Part shown: positions 1 through 13,057 of the stretch, piece after piece
Position numbering within the stretch: the first letter of the stretch is position 1
Layout of the letters: each line of letters begins with the position of its first letter
Assembly (NCBI RefSeq): GCF_006345805.1
Contig: NC_043004.1
Coordinates: 44,764,001-44,828,000, forward strand
Length of the DNA stretch: 64,000 bases
Direction: 5' to 3'
From: Octopus sinensis
Taxonomy: Eukaryota
Position numbers and translations under genes: made by a program
The notes under the pieces: model-generated
What the model saw: the letters and a program-made list of their open reading frames with translations, nothing else
Databases searched by the model: none
Told to the model about the DNA's origin: nothing

Positions 1-82
1 CTAAAAAGTCACATTCGATCACAGCACCAGTAACAGCTAAGCTTCGTGTAATGGCCATACTCGATAACGAGGGGACAGCCAT

Positions 83-83
83 A

Positions 84-149
<66 letters not shown>

Positions 150-170
150 TGTGTATATATATATATATGC

Positions 171-215
<45 letters not shown>

Positions 216-241
216 ATATATATAATATATATATATATATA
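83..241. repeat. (AT)n microsatellite
   Basis: Direct reading; source of the spurious IY-repeat ORFs. Many similar tracts occur across the window (e.g. 1200-1375, 6250-6360, 19670-19800, 20600-21290, 33580-33910, 50650-50950, 51950-52560). Confidence 0.98.
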
Positions 242-688
242 ATGTACGTTATATGCAATATACAAAAACATACGTTAGGTTATATTGATCCCCGCATTTG
301 ATAGATACTAGTCCTCTAAACAATGGTATATGTTAGTTTTTCAAGTAAGAAATAAGCTTCAGGTTTTTTTTAAATGTACTGGGGTCGTTTATCCGATTAA
401 AATTCTTCAAGCCGGTGTCCCAGCATGGCCGCAGTTTAATGACTGAAACATGTAGAAGAATAATAACCCAGCATGGTCAGGTCAGATGTAAAGCTAAACA
501 ACATCAACAACAGCAACAACAACAAGAATCAGAAGAGAGTAGCATAGTAGATAATTCAACAACAGTGAAATACTTGCTTGACCAAGAGATTCTGGACTAG
601 ATAAAAACCATCAAATTTGACGAACATGCTGACACGTCATTGTTGGAGCTAGTGGCGAAATCAATACAACGGCTCCACATGTATACAG

Positions 689-731
<43 letters not shown>

Positions 732-1276
732 ATGCACATGCAATCACGCACACACATGCCCAAATGTACGCAAACGCAATTCCTTTACAAACAATCTAAT
801 AAAGAAGGGATCTATTTGCTAAGTGAGATTTAAAAGAGGGGGTGAAAAAAAGAGAACAGCGCCCCCTTAGAACCGATGATAATTTGAGTCAGGAAAGAAA
901 AAAAAGGAGAGAGTGGCACAGAGAGAGAATTACTTAACGCAAAGCTTTATCTTACAATAAGATGAGAATTGCATTGGTGAGAAGACTTACGTGATATAAG
1001 TGCATATCCACGTGCTCCTAATGGAACATCTAATGTAAAACCTTTAAATCAATCAATTCGCGTGATTGATCCATCGAAAGGTCTCACGGTTGATGTTCAA
1101 TTAGGAACGCGTAAACTTGCACTTTTGCTGCTATACACACACACACAACTCGCGCGCGTGCACCCACGCACACATACACACACACACACATATATACATG
1201 TATTCTTATATGTATAGACATATTTAAATATATATGTATATTCATATATATATGTATATATATATATATATATGTG

Positions 1277-1316
<40 letters not shown>

Positions 1317-1321
1317 TATAC

Positions 1322-1373
<52 letters not shown>

Positions 1374-1514
1374 GTATATATCTATATGTATGTATTTATG
1401 TATGTATACACGTATTTGTGTATTGTATGTGTGTGTGCGTGTGCGCGTGTCTTCAGACGACATGTTTTTTCGTTGTCATTATAAGTACAACAGATGTTGT
1501 CATCTACAGTAATA

Positions 1515-1530
1515 GTGGTGGTGGTGGGTG

Positions 1531-1564
<34 letters not shown>

Positions 1565-1808
1565 CAGTTGTAGTAGTAGTAGTAGTAGTAGTAGCAGTAG
1601 TAGTAGTAGTAGTTTTAGTAGTAGTGGTGGTCGTGGTGGTCGTGGTGGTGGTGGAGGTGGTCTTGGTGGTGGTCGTGGTGGAGGTAGTGGTGGTGGTGGT
1701 GGTGGTGGTGGTGGTGGTTGAATGATGATGACAGCAACAAGAACTATGAACAACGCAACGTCGACAACGATGACGAAGACAACGGCGACGACAATAACAG
1801 CAGAGTTG

Positions 1809-1850
<42 letters not shown>

Positions 1851-1870
1851 GAAGATCACGACGACGATGA
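1515..1870. repeat. Compound trinucleotide repeats (GTG/GTA/GAT)n
   Basis: Direct reading; explains the poly-P/L/T/V/S ORFs at 1382-1907. Confidence 0.95.
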
Positions 1871-1889
1871 TGTTGCTGTTTAACTCCAG

Positions 1890-2001
1890 ATCTTCTTTAT
1901 CGAACAATCGTATGTTGAAACTCGTTCCATCCGTAGCCTTCCTGCCTCATTATATATATCAAAAACACTATTCGTGAATGCACCCACCTTTATTCGAGGA
2001 G
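1890..2001 (+). CDS. Candidate isolated exon of unknown gene (IFFIEQSYVETRSIRSLPASLYISKTLFVNAPTFIRG)
   Basis: 112-nt open segment bounded by tttaactccAG and GAG|gtaagc. No homology recognised. Confidence 0.2.
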
Positions 2002-2797
2002 GTAAGCTGATGTTATTTTAGTGTGTTTGAACTCAAAAGCGTTTCATCAAAGGCGTTCCAGCCATACCCATCTCGATTTGAGGGGATCTTTTTGTGATTC
2101 ATTGTTGTTGTTGTTGTTGTCGTCGTTGTTGTTCATCTTCTCCTCCTCGCTTTCTTCTTCTTCTTTTTCTCCTTCTTCTTGTATTTATCGAGGATCACAC
2201 TGTCCAAGGTGTCTTCAATTATACGTACAAGTTCATACGATAAATGACGGTGGGGTAACTGTAGAAACTGTAGAACCGTTACAGTTTCGGAAAAAGTGAT
2301 GTTTTCAGTCTCTTTAGGCCCTGAAATTGATACCAGCTGAGATCACCTTTACCTTTCATCCCTCTCACATCGAAACAACAAAGGACAGTCCAAGCACTGG
2401 AGTCGATTGGTGGCCTTTCAAAATGGGTGTCCTTGAACCGAAATTAGAATGATTGCAGCTGTGTGAAACTAAAGTCGATTGACAAACTCCTCTTTAGCCT
2501 TTAAAAAATCCGTATCATCTTTCTCGTCACATATAACAAGCAGATTAGGACAGTTAAGGTGGTCACATTTGGAATTTCTATGATTAGAGGTATTCTTCAT
2601 TGTTATTCTAATGATAATAAAAGGCAATTAACAATAAATCATTACATTATCAACGCATCCTTCAGTTTTAAAGTATGAATTGAGAGAAATTTGGCTGTTA
2701 CATCTAACATAATGAATCTCTACCTAGGAGTCCTTTAATGGATCGAAAATCTCCTAGTTATATGATCCTGTTATTAGACTAGTACTAGCAAAATATA

Positions 2798-3021
2798 TTT
2801 CTTTATTACCCACAAGGGGCTAAACATAGAGGGGACAAACAAGGACATACAAAGGGATTAAATCGATTACATCGACCCCAGTGCGTAACTGGTACTTAAT
2901 TTATCGACCCCGAAAGGATGAAAGGCAAAGTCGACCTCGGCGGAATTTGAACTCAGAACGTAACGGCAGACAAAATACGGCTACGCATTTCGCCCGGCGA
3001 GCTAACGTTTCTGCCAGCTCG
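2798..3021 (-). mobile_element. tRNA-derived SINE family A
   Basis: Minus strand has an A-box-like TGGCAGAAACG and B-box GTTCAAATTCC, then GCCTTTCATCCTTTCGGGGTCGATAAA, ending CCCCTTGTGGGTAATAAAGAAA. Near-identical to copies at 17288, 42402, 55218 and 56974. Confidence 0.9.
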
Positions 3022-3284
3022 GTATTCTTTTCTGTTGTGTGGCAGACGTAATCCGGTGCCCGGTTTAACATCAGCATCTGACATTTGGGTGCTTTTACCA
3101 TCTCAGCTATTTAGATTACATGTATGTTTTTCGTTCACGTGGTGGTCTTACTGGTAGCTGCATATAGTTTAGGAGAGACAGAGAACGAAAGTGATATGCT
3201 GCTCAAGGGGAAAGAATTGCTTTTAAGCATATCTTTCTTTTGACTTCTGTGGAGAATTTTTAAAATTTTCTCTGTTAAACGGCA

Positions 3285-3530
3285 ATTAACTACTGTGTAC
3301 AGTCTTGAGTCCTAGGGTTCATAGGGCTAGTTACCAGGTTTCCATATCGTGTAAGCGACCAGATCACATCATTTCTTCTGATCGAGATCACAATATTTCC
3401 TCGAAACCAATTGTTCGTTTGAACACCATTTAATCGAGTGCATTGAAGCAACGTAAAATGATGTGTTTTACTCAAGAACACATCGTAAAACCCTGTCCGG
3501 TCAGCGAAACCACTTGGCCATGCACTTTCA
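3285..3530 (-). mobile_element. Degenerate tRNA-SINE, family C-like head with a distinct tail
   Basis: Minus strand GCATGGCCAAGTGG...GTGTTCTTGAGTAAAACACATCATTTTACGTTGC resembles the 8364 copy. Confidence 0.55.
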
Positions 3531-3554
3531 CAATATACACGATCGTTCGAGGCC

Positions 3555-3960
3555 CCAAGCTGGTACAATCGTTAGCTCGCCGGACAAAATACTTAGCGGC
3601 TATTCGTCCATCTTTACGTTGTGAGTTTAAATCCCATTGGGGTTGACTTCGCCCTTTATTCTTCGGGATCGATAAAAGAAGCAGCAATTGAGCACTGGGG
3701 TTGATGTAATCGTCTTAACACATCCCCAGAACTTGCTGGCCTTGTGCCAAAATTTAAAAGTAATATGTCCAGGTAGATTAAGTCAACGGGCTGGGAAAAT
3801 CGTTAGAACGTCAGACAAAATGCTTACCGGCATTTTGTCCGTCTTTTCGTTCTGAGATCAAATTCCGCCGACGTCGACTCTGCCTTTCATCCTTTCGGGG
3901 TCGAAGAAATAAGAACCACTTGAATACTTGCTGATCTTGTGCCAAAATTTGTGACCAAGA
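3555..3960 (+). mobile_element. Two degenerate SINE A copies in tandem
   Basis: Diverged A-box/B-box heads, CTTTCATCCTTTCGGGGTCG core and GGCCTTGTGCCAAAATTT tails. Confidence 0.75.
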
Positions 3961-4609
3961 TATATATAGTAATGTTCAATCTGTACTTGATATATATTTC
4001 TTTTTTTTTTTATAACGTCTTGTTCAGTTATTCAGATATATTTGCGAATTTATAATTCTCTTTAATCTCTCGGCCAACAATTTAATAGCACGTGATGTAT
4101 TTGTTTTAACACGATCGTTCATTCATTTTCAGTTGCTATCCATATTATAATTAAGTGATGTTTGAGAGATCCAATAACTAGCCGCATCATGGAATGTATT
4201 TAATATATTATCAATTAAAATTATATCCGTAATGGTAAATTAACGCTAATGAGAATCGCTGTGCGTGTGAATTTCGTACCTATGTATGTATGCATACATA
4301 TTGGAATGTATGAATGTTTGTATTTATGGGGTTATGTCGATATATGGAGAAATAAGCAATTATACACACACGTACATGCACGTGCACAGACACACACACA
4401 TACACACACACAAATATGAGTCGTGTGGATTCGTTATGTCTTTCTTTTTGCCTACGCAAAAAAGTATGTTACTGTCTGGGAGATCTTTACGGTAGTAAAA
4501 AGGGAATTTTAACTCCTATTTCTAAATTCGGTGCGTGGCGAAGCAATTAGCTGACCCCTAATTATAATTATGCTCATAATTATAGAATATTTGTGTGTGT
4601 ATATATATA

Positions 4610-5573
4610 TGGACACCCATATGCTAGAAAAAGATCCGCTACGGTCTCACCACCAAGAAATGTTTTCAAGAAAAATTTAGCAAAAACAACCAAAACGTAA
4701 TCGTGCAAGACAAAAGAAAAAGTAATAAAAATATGGATTATTCGTATACATGTTTCACTATCAGCAAATTACGCAAATTTACTTACGTAACTTACGTAAT
4801 TGTCCGCAGATCATCGGTACGACCGTCCAAGGTGAATATAATTTGCAGGACTGCATACTAGGACGTCCACTGAACAGAAAAGAATACCGACGCTGTTATT
4901 TTGCTTGTACTAGTCTAATAACAGGCTCATATAACTAGGAGATTTTCGATCCATTAAAGTACTGTAGTAAAGTATCAGTTTTTCGGGTATTTTAGCGCGC
5001 CAAAACGAGGACGTTTGAAATAGAAGCCACGAGTGTTTCCCTCTAATATATATATAATACAGTTTTACTGAACCTTCAGTTTTTCTATGCTAGACCACTG
5101 GTGTGAAATCGATGTTAATTAAATTAATATCTAATTTCTCACCCTAATTTTAAATTTAAAATTAAATTAATAAGTTCTCTAAGCGGCAAAGGCCGCTGTA
5201 GTACAGTATTATCTACAGCATCAGTTTTTCCGGTATTTTAGCGCACCAAAACGAGGACATTTTAAATAGTAGCCACGAGTGTAATGTGTAGGACTGTTTT
5301 ACAAGTCTGACTTTGTGTGGACGTCCTAGTATGCAGTCCTGCAAATTATATTCACCTTGGACGGTCGTACCGATGATCTACGGACAATTACGTAAGTTAC
5401 GTAAGTAAGATTGCGTAATTTGTTGATAGTGAAACATGTATACGAATAATCCATATTTTTATTACTTTTTCTTTTGTCTTCCTCGATTACGTTTTGGTTG
5501 TTTTTGCTAAATTTTTCTTGAGAGCATTGGGGGTGAGACCGTAGCGGATCTATTTCTAGCATATGGGTGTCCA
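4610..5573. mobile_element. Foldback/MITE-like element with about 260-bp inverted arms (4610-4870 and 5317-5573)
   Basis: TGGACACCCATATGCTAGAAA...GGACGTCCAC is the reverse complement of GTGGACGTCC...TTTCTAGCATATGGGTGTCCA, with few mismatches. Confidence 0.85.
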
Positions 5574-5703
5574 CATGGTGGTTTCCCTCTAATATATATA
5601 TAATACAGTTTTACTGAACCTTCAGTTTTTCTATGCTAGACCACTGGTGTGAAATCGAGGTTAATTAAATTAATATCAAATTTCTCACCCTTATTTTAAA
5701 TTT
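5035..5703 (+). repeat. About 123-bp direct repeat (5035-5157 and 5581-5703), possibly a non-autonomous Helitron-like end
   Basis: GTTTCCCTCTAATATATATATAATACAG...AATTTCTCACCC occurs twice, nearly identical. The first copy is followed by the hairpin GCGGC-AAAG-GCCGC. The Helitron assignment is tentative. Confidence 0.7.
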
Positions 5704-5719
5704 ATATATATATATATAA

Positions 5720-6182
5720 AATAAAGTCAGTCTCCACATCTAAATGGCTGTTCCATGTTACAACTAGCTTAACCTCAGGCAGATTCTCCGCCGGCTGGTT
5801 ATCGGTGCGACTCTGCAGCCTTTATATAATATATGTTGTTAGCAGTGGTGATCGAACACTTACTACCCTGCAGGACGTAACAGGATCGAGAGGGTGACTC
5901 AATCTCGAGCTATGTGGCTTTTCTTCAGTCGCGAACGCCCGTCCGCCAGAGCAATAACCAGAGTCCGCTCCAGCCAACAATATACCCGTTGATCTTCGCT
6001 TGAGATTTGACAACTAGCTATTTTGCTTGTTGCAACTCAGTGGCCGATGGTCAGTTTCTTTACAGTATATTGTTGGCTGGAGTGGACGCTGGCTAGCACT
6101 GTGGCGTACAGGGGCTCGCAATTGAGGATAGCTTGAAATGGAGGCAATGGAACCGCCACTTGGATCTGGCGACTGACTTTAC
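5720..6182. mobile_element. Nested inverted-repeat element
   Basis: Outer imperfect IR (TAAAGTCAGTCTCCACATCTAAATGGCTGTTCCAT / ATGGAACCGCCACTTGGATCTGGCGACTGACTTTA) and inner 27-bp IR (CAGAGTCCGCTCCAGCCAACAATATAC / GTATATTGTTGGCTGGAGTGGACGCTG). Confidence 0.7.
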
Positions 6183-6285
6183 TTTTTAATATTTTAGTAT
6201 AGTAAGTATTCTGATCTCTTCTTGAGATTTTACAACTAGCTATTTTGCTATATATACGTATATATATATATATATATTATATATA

Positions 6286-6334
<49 letters not shown>

Positions 6335-6400
6335 TATATATTATGTATTATATATATATTATGTATTATATATGTATCATGTTATATACATTATATACTA

Positions 6401-6580
6401 AGGCGACGAGCTGGCAGAAACGTTAGTACGTCGTGCAAAATGCCTAGCGGCATTTCGTCTGTCTTCAAATTCCGCCGAGGTCGACTTTGCCCTTCATCCT
6501 TTAGGGGTCGATAAATTAAGTAGCAGTTGCGTACTGAGGTCGATCTAATCAACTGGGCCCCTCCACAAAATTTTCAGCCT
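6401..6580 (+). mobile_element. SINE family A
   Basis: GGCGACGAGCTGGCAGAAACGTTAG...TTCAAATTCCGCCGAGGTCGACTTTGCC. Confidence 0.88.
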
Positions 6581-6615
6581 TTAGTAAATAAGTTATATAT
6601 AGAGTATATGTATAT

Positions 6616-6658
<43 letters not shown>

Positions 6659-7188
6659 AGAGAGAGAGAGAGAGAGATGGATAGATATCCTCTATAAGTC
6701 TTCCTATGAGATCTTTAAATGTTTTCCTTATTTTTATTACATCGATGTTGACAATTTTACTTCTTAGTTTTCGTTGTTTTTGCTGTGATATATTTGTAAA
6801 TTATTTTGGGCTATTTTCCATCAGTTTCTATATTTTTACTTCCTAATTGCGTTTAAAAATGAACGTATTTTTGAAAGCAAAATATATATTTTATTGAAAA
6901 AAAAATGATAAATCAAATTTAATCTACAAGTCTTGCATTTATTTATATGTATGTATACATACATGCATACAGTAATGTATGCTTTTATCGAGAAGCATAT
7001 ATATGTGTAAACATTTGATTTCTACGTAGATATGTATGGATTTATATGCGTGTGATTATGTGTATACATAAGTGTAATGTACATATGTCACTTATAGACA
7101 TGATTTTTTTTGCGCGTACATAAATATGCCTCAGTATTTCTCAACATCTGTGTGTGTGTATAAACACATGCGCATACACTTAGATATA

Positions 7189-7224
<36 letters not shown>

Positions 7225-7313
7225 ATTATGTGTATATATAAACTATGTATGTACGCATATAATAAATATGTATATATATGCACTTGTAAACATATGTATG
7301 TATGTATGTATGT

Positions 7314-7615
7314 TTCGGGGTCGATAAATTAAGTACCAGTTACGCACTGGGGGCCGATGTAATCGACTTAATCCCTTTGTCCCCTCTGTTTTTAGCCCCT
7401 TGTGGGCAATAAAGAAATAAGAATCGTTAGCACGCCAATTAAAATTCTCAGCATTATATCGTCCATATTTGCGTTTGAAGTTTAAATTACACCGAGGTCG
7501 ACTTTGCCTCTCATCTTTTCGGCGCCGATAAAATAAGTACCAGTTGAGCGATGAGGTCGATATAATCGACTTACCCTCTCCACTGAAATTGCTGGCATGT
7601 GCCAAAATATGAAAC
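7314..7615 (+). mobile_element. SINE A 3' half followed by a second SINE A copy
   Basis: Matches to the family A core and tail motifs. Confidence 0.8.
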
Positions 7616-7770
7616 CAAACTAGTGCTATTACAGAACTTAGGATGAAGTAAACGTCGTAGAAGCATTAGAGGAACATGTTTTATACAGTTCTATATTTAA
7701 GAGATGAGGAATTATGTACTTTGTTTACATTATTTACATTTGACGGATATTTGACCTCATCTTGTTTATT

Positions 7771-7816
7771 AACACAACGTTTCGGCTGATATACTTTCCA
7801 GTCTTCATGAGGTGTC
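7771..7816 (-). ncRNA. Minimal type-I hammerhead ribozyme motif, core-mutated (CUCAUGA)
   Basis: GACAC-CTCATGA-A-GACTG(gaaagtatat)CAGCC-GAAA-CGTT-GTGTT; stem I pairs; G5 is replaced by C. Confidence 0.7.
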
Positions 7817-7905
7817 TTGGGGAAAATTTCGAACCTGGGTTCTCATTCCTAAGGTATTTTTCGATGTTGTTGTTGTTATTATTATTATTGTTGTTATTAT
7901 TATCA

Positions 7906-7976
<71 letters not shown>

Positions 7977-8020
7977 TTATTATTATTATTATTATTATTA
8001 TATTATTATTATTATTGTTC

Positions 8021-8060
<40 letters not shown>

Positions 8061-8130
8061 TAATGATAATAATAATAATAACATCGAAAAATACCTTAGG
8101 AATGAGAACCCAGGTTCGAAATTTCCCCAA

Positions 8131-8176
8131 GGAACCTGATGAAGGCTGGAGGGTATATCAGCCGAAACGCTGTGTT
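8131..8176 (+). ncRNA. Minimal type-I hammerhead ribozyme motif, U16.1 mutated
   Basis: GGAAC-CTGATGA-A-GGCTG(gagggtatat)CAGCC-GAAA-CGCT-GTGTT; perfect 5-bp stem II. Confidence 0.7.
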
Positions 8177-8363
8177 AACAACAAACAAGATGAGGACAAA
8201 TATCTGTCAAATGTAAATAATGTACAATGTTTTATGTTGTAGTTAGTGATGATGAAAACCTGAGGTGCCAAAGAATGTAGAAATTTTGTTCGATAGCCAA
8301 TAACTTCATTATGATCGATAATCGTATCTATTGTTTGAAACGTATTTTGTGATATATATTGAA

Positions 8364-8693
8364 GGCGCATGGCTCAGCGGCTAGAGCGTCGAGCTTACGA
8401 TCGTGAGGTTGTGAGCTCGAATCCCGGACCGGGCTGCGTGTTGTGTTCTTGAGCAAGACACTTTATTTCACGTTGCTCCTGTTCACTCAGCTGTAGAAAT
8501 GAGTTGCGACATCACGGGTGCCAAGCTGTATCGGCTGCTGCCTTTCCCTTGGATAACACTGGTGGCGTGGAGAGGGGAGGCGGTATACATGGGCGACTGC
8601 TGGTCTTCCATAAACAACCTTGCCCAGACTTGTGTCTGGGAGGGTAACTTTCAAGGTGCAATCCCATGGTCAGTGTCGTGACCGAAGGGGGTC
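8364..8693 (+). mobile_element. tRNA-derived SINE family C (tail Z)
   Basis: GGCGCATGGCTCAGCGG A-box, GCTCGAATCC B-box, and a CORE/V-like TGTGTTCTTGAGCAAGACACTT segment. Confidence 0.85.
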
Positions 8694-9009
8694 CCAGCCA
8701 GATTTTGCGATATAGTCTAAGAAACGCGGTGTTTTCTTGTTGTTGTTGTTGTTAAAACTCTATTGTAATATCGGTTTCAAATTTTGATACAGAACCAGTA
8801 GTATTAGCAGAAGTGTGCCTCGGTCACATCGACCCCAGTATTCAACTAGTACCTATTTTATCGATCCGAGAAAGGCAAAGTCCACCTCAGTGGAATATGA
8901 ACAAACACAACGTGAAGACGAACGAAATGCTTCCATGCCTGGTTTTCATCTTCAATAATGACAACATAAAATCTGGTGCTCTTCGAATGCTTCTGCGCCT
9001 ACATCGCAG

Positions 9010-9600
<591 letters not shown>

Positions 9601-10032
9601 TGTAGTTGCGTGTGTATATTGTTTGGTATTTAAGCTTCTTGAATCGCAAACTCTGTGTTTCACATTGCCGATTATTCGAACGATTAAGGTGGGACAGTAT
9701 TTAAGCTAATACTTACGAATATGTTTTATGTTATGTTATCGTGCTATACCTTTCTTTCAATCGTTGTGAATAAAAATCAACTGAGAAATTTTGATTTACC
9801 TTCTAAGATTTGCAGCCTCTAATAATGTGTATGTGAGAGTGCCCGTTTACGCGTCTATATGGAAACCAACGTGTCAAATATGATTTTAATACATGTGTGG
9901 GTGAGAGAGAATATGTGTATGTATATATATATATATACAAACATACATACATAAATATATATGTATGTATATATATGAACAAATACATTACATATATATA
10001 TATATATACAAATATATATATATATAATATAT

Positions 10033-10078
<46 letters not shown>

Positions 10079-10938
10079 AATACATACATATATGTGTGTG
10101 TGCATGTGCGTTTGTGTGTGTTGTGCCTGTGTATGTATGGGTTTGTAGATAGGTTGATAGTTAGAGATATAGGTAGATGCAAACATACATACATACATGC
10201 ATTCATACATAGATACATACATACATACATATATACATATATACATACATGCATTCATACATAGATACATACATACATACATTCATACATATATACATAC
10301 ATACATATATACATACATGCATTCATACCTACATACATACATACATACATACATACATACATACATACATACTTGCATACATACATACATAGGTAGGTAG
10401 ATACATACATACACACCCATACAGATATGTATGTGTCTGGCAGAAAATGATGGAAAGAGATAGATTAGCAGAAAGACGATAGTTACACAGAAGGCGAGTG
10501 ATACTGAAGCACAGAAGCACATAGATAGATTAGCTATTATATAAAATCGTGCATACGTCTGCATGCGTTCGTGTACGTATGCATATATACGTGTTTCTGT
10601 GCGACTTTGTGTATATATACAAGTTTGCAATAAACGTATGTATGCGTACCTACGTGTGAAATCCGCCATTTTCGCTTCCTTTTATGTTTTTATAACTTTT
10701 CTTCCTTCGCGTTTTAGTATCCGAATTTATTCAGTTTTAAAAGCTTTTAATGAATTTAGATGTGTTGTTTTTATTTTTGGGGTTTTAAAATTAATAACTC
10801 TAGAATATTCTTTATTATCCTAGACTCTGTCAAAATGTTTAACATTTTTATTTAGAAATTTGCATGAATATAGTAAACATATGTATACTATATACATGCA
10901 TATATATATATAATATATATATATAATATATATATATA

Positions 10939-10976
<38 letters not shown>

Positions 10977-11769
10977 GTATTTATATATATATATACAAAT
11001 TAATGCACACGTTATATATACATTGTTATATACATGTATATACACGTTGTTATATATGTATATATATATATTGTGTATATATATATGTGTGTGTGAGTGT
11101 GTGTGTGTGTGTGTGCATACTTACAGAAAATATATATATACAAATATATATATATATACAGATTCACACACAAATTGACACACACACTTACATGAATTCA
11201 TATATGCTATGTGTGTGAATGTATGTATGTGCATATGACGAATCATTTATATATGCGCACGAGTGTATATGTATGTGGGTGTGTATGTCTGTATATGTCT
11301 GTGTGAATATCTGTGTGTGTGTGTGCGCGCGTGCGTAGGCACGCGTATGCGTATGGTGCTGTTTCCTTCTAAAATTTCCAGTAGAGAAATGTGTGATCAA
11401 TACGGAATTTATTCGTTTTAAAACATGAGGAACGCGTAATTTATTTCTGGATGTTCCAAGACGAATAAAATAAAACACTATACATTCCATATTCAATTTT
11501 CACTTCAGAATTGGTCTTTAAAACTCACTTTTAACTCTCGTACATTAAAAAAATGAAGATTTCAGACAGATTTTTCTTTCAAAATGCATCTTTGCCACTT
11601 GATTGTATGTAAGTGCTATAGTATCACTGTGTGTGTCTCTCTACCTGAATTGACGCAACATCACCGTTGTCAGTTACTTTTCAGAGACCACCTAAGTGGT
11701 CGAGGAATGAATGTATATGCATATATATACATATATATATATATATATAATATATATATATTATATATA

Positions 11770-11830
<61 letters not shown>

Positions 11831-12063
11831 TGTATGTATGCATGTATGCATGTATATATGTATATAGGTGGGGTATGTGCGTGTGAGTGTGTTTGTTTGA
11901 TATACTGACGGTGGAGAAGAGACAATTTTTTGTAGATCAATTTTGGGCGGAATGGAAGTTTAAATCATTAAGTAAAACGCATAAAATATTTCCTTTTTTA
12001 CGTATTACAAAGATCTTATAATTTCTTGTCATTGATAGCCAATATAGTGCGTGTGTCTGTGTC

Positions 12064-12106
<43 letters not shown>

Positions 12107-12165
12107 GTGTGTGTGTGTGCGTGTATGTGTGTGTGAGTGTGTGTGTGAGTGTGTGTTTGTGTGTG

Positions 12166-13048
12166 TACAGTATTGTCCCGAAAGTAATGCAAAAGAAGTC
12201 ATAACTATTTTAGAAACTGTCATATGTCAATAATAAGGCGCATAGTGCCATGTGATGCAAAAAATTCTTCGTCGATGCATTGTTGAAACCAACTCGCAAG
12301 TCGTCTTCCAAAAAAATTTAGGTGTACACTTCATAGCCGATTTCGCTGTATGTATTATCCATTTGTTGTTCCGCGAGACTGTTCTTCATTTGTCCAAAGA
12401 TGCCTGATCCGGACAGTACGGGTGATGGGGACTATTGACTAGCGGAATTCAACAGCCTGATCTTTACGTGGTCACGTGTTGTCCAGGTGAATGTGGATAG
12501 TTTTCATGTTCTTGCTCTTCCTCTTCTAATGGCTTCTAATGGCTTTGAATGCCCCAATGTCCTACACGTTGTTGAGAGAGGGCACAGTAATGTTCTACAA
12601 AATCAAGGCCAATGACGACATTGTCATCGCCAAAATGTCACCGTGACTCTCTGTTTCGGTTGCTGGCTCTCGAATTTCATAGACCTCTAAGAAGACGTGT
12701 AATGCTATTCTGCGGAGGGAACCTTCTCTTTTTCTGCTTAAATATACTATCACGTTTTATCCCCTGAGGCCAGTTCCAAAACAAATACTGTCTTCATCGG
12801 TTTCAAATGCTTCCAGCAGATCATTGCACTCTTACACTTTTCTCTCCTTTATCACAAATGTAAACTTCCGAGGTTTCGACTTTGCACACACTTTCCGTTG
12901 TATAAAGTCTTCCACCATCTTCTGTAATGTATCGTGGCCATAGTCTAGTTTTGCTTCAAGCTCATGGATTGCGGCTCGTTTGTCCGTGCGAATCTAATCG
13001 ACCATCAGCTAGTGGTTAGTGTCCAGAGGCTGCAGTTGAAGACCATAT
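12166..13048 (-). mobile_element. Decayed mariner-type transposase with TIR remnant
   Basis: Minus-strand translation gives ELEAKLDYGHDTLQKMVEDFIQRKVCAK (VCARWVP-like), GDKT..YI (GDETW-like), HLDN and HHPYCPDQAS (HPPYSPDLAP-like). TIR-like TACAGTATTGTCCCGAAAGTAATGC at 12166. Confidence 0.75.
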
Positions 13049-13057
13049 CATTCTTTG

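Larger units (their letters stand above)
7726..8224. mobile_element. Penelope-like terminal-repeat palindrome: inverted arms of about 145 bp around (ATT)n/(AAT)n
   Basis: 7726-7868 is the reverse complement of 8078-8224, and the central triplet tracts are mutually complementary. Each arm has a hammerhead motif. Confidence 0.85.

Noticed and set aside
8364-8440. tRNA genes at SINE heads
   Set aside because: A- and B-boxes are present but no closed cloverleaf; each continues into a repeated SINE body.
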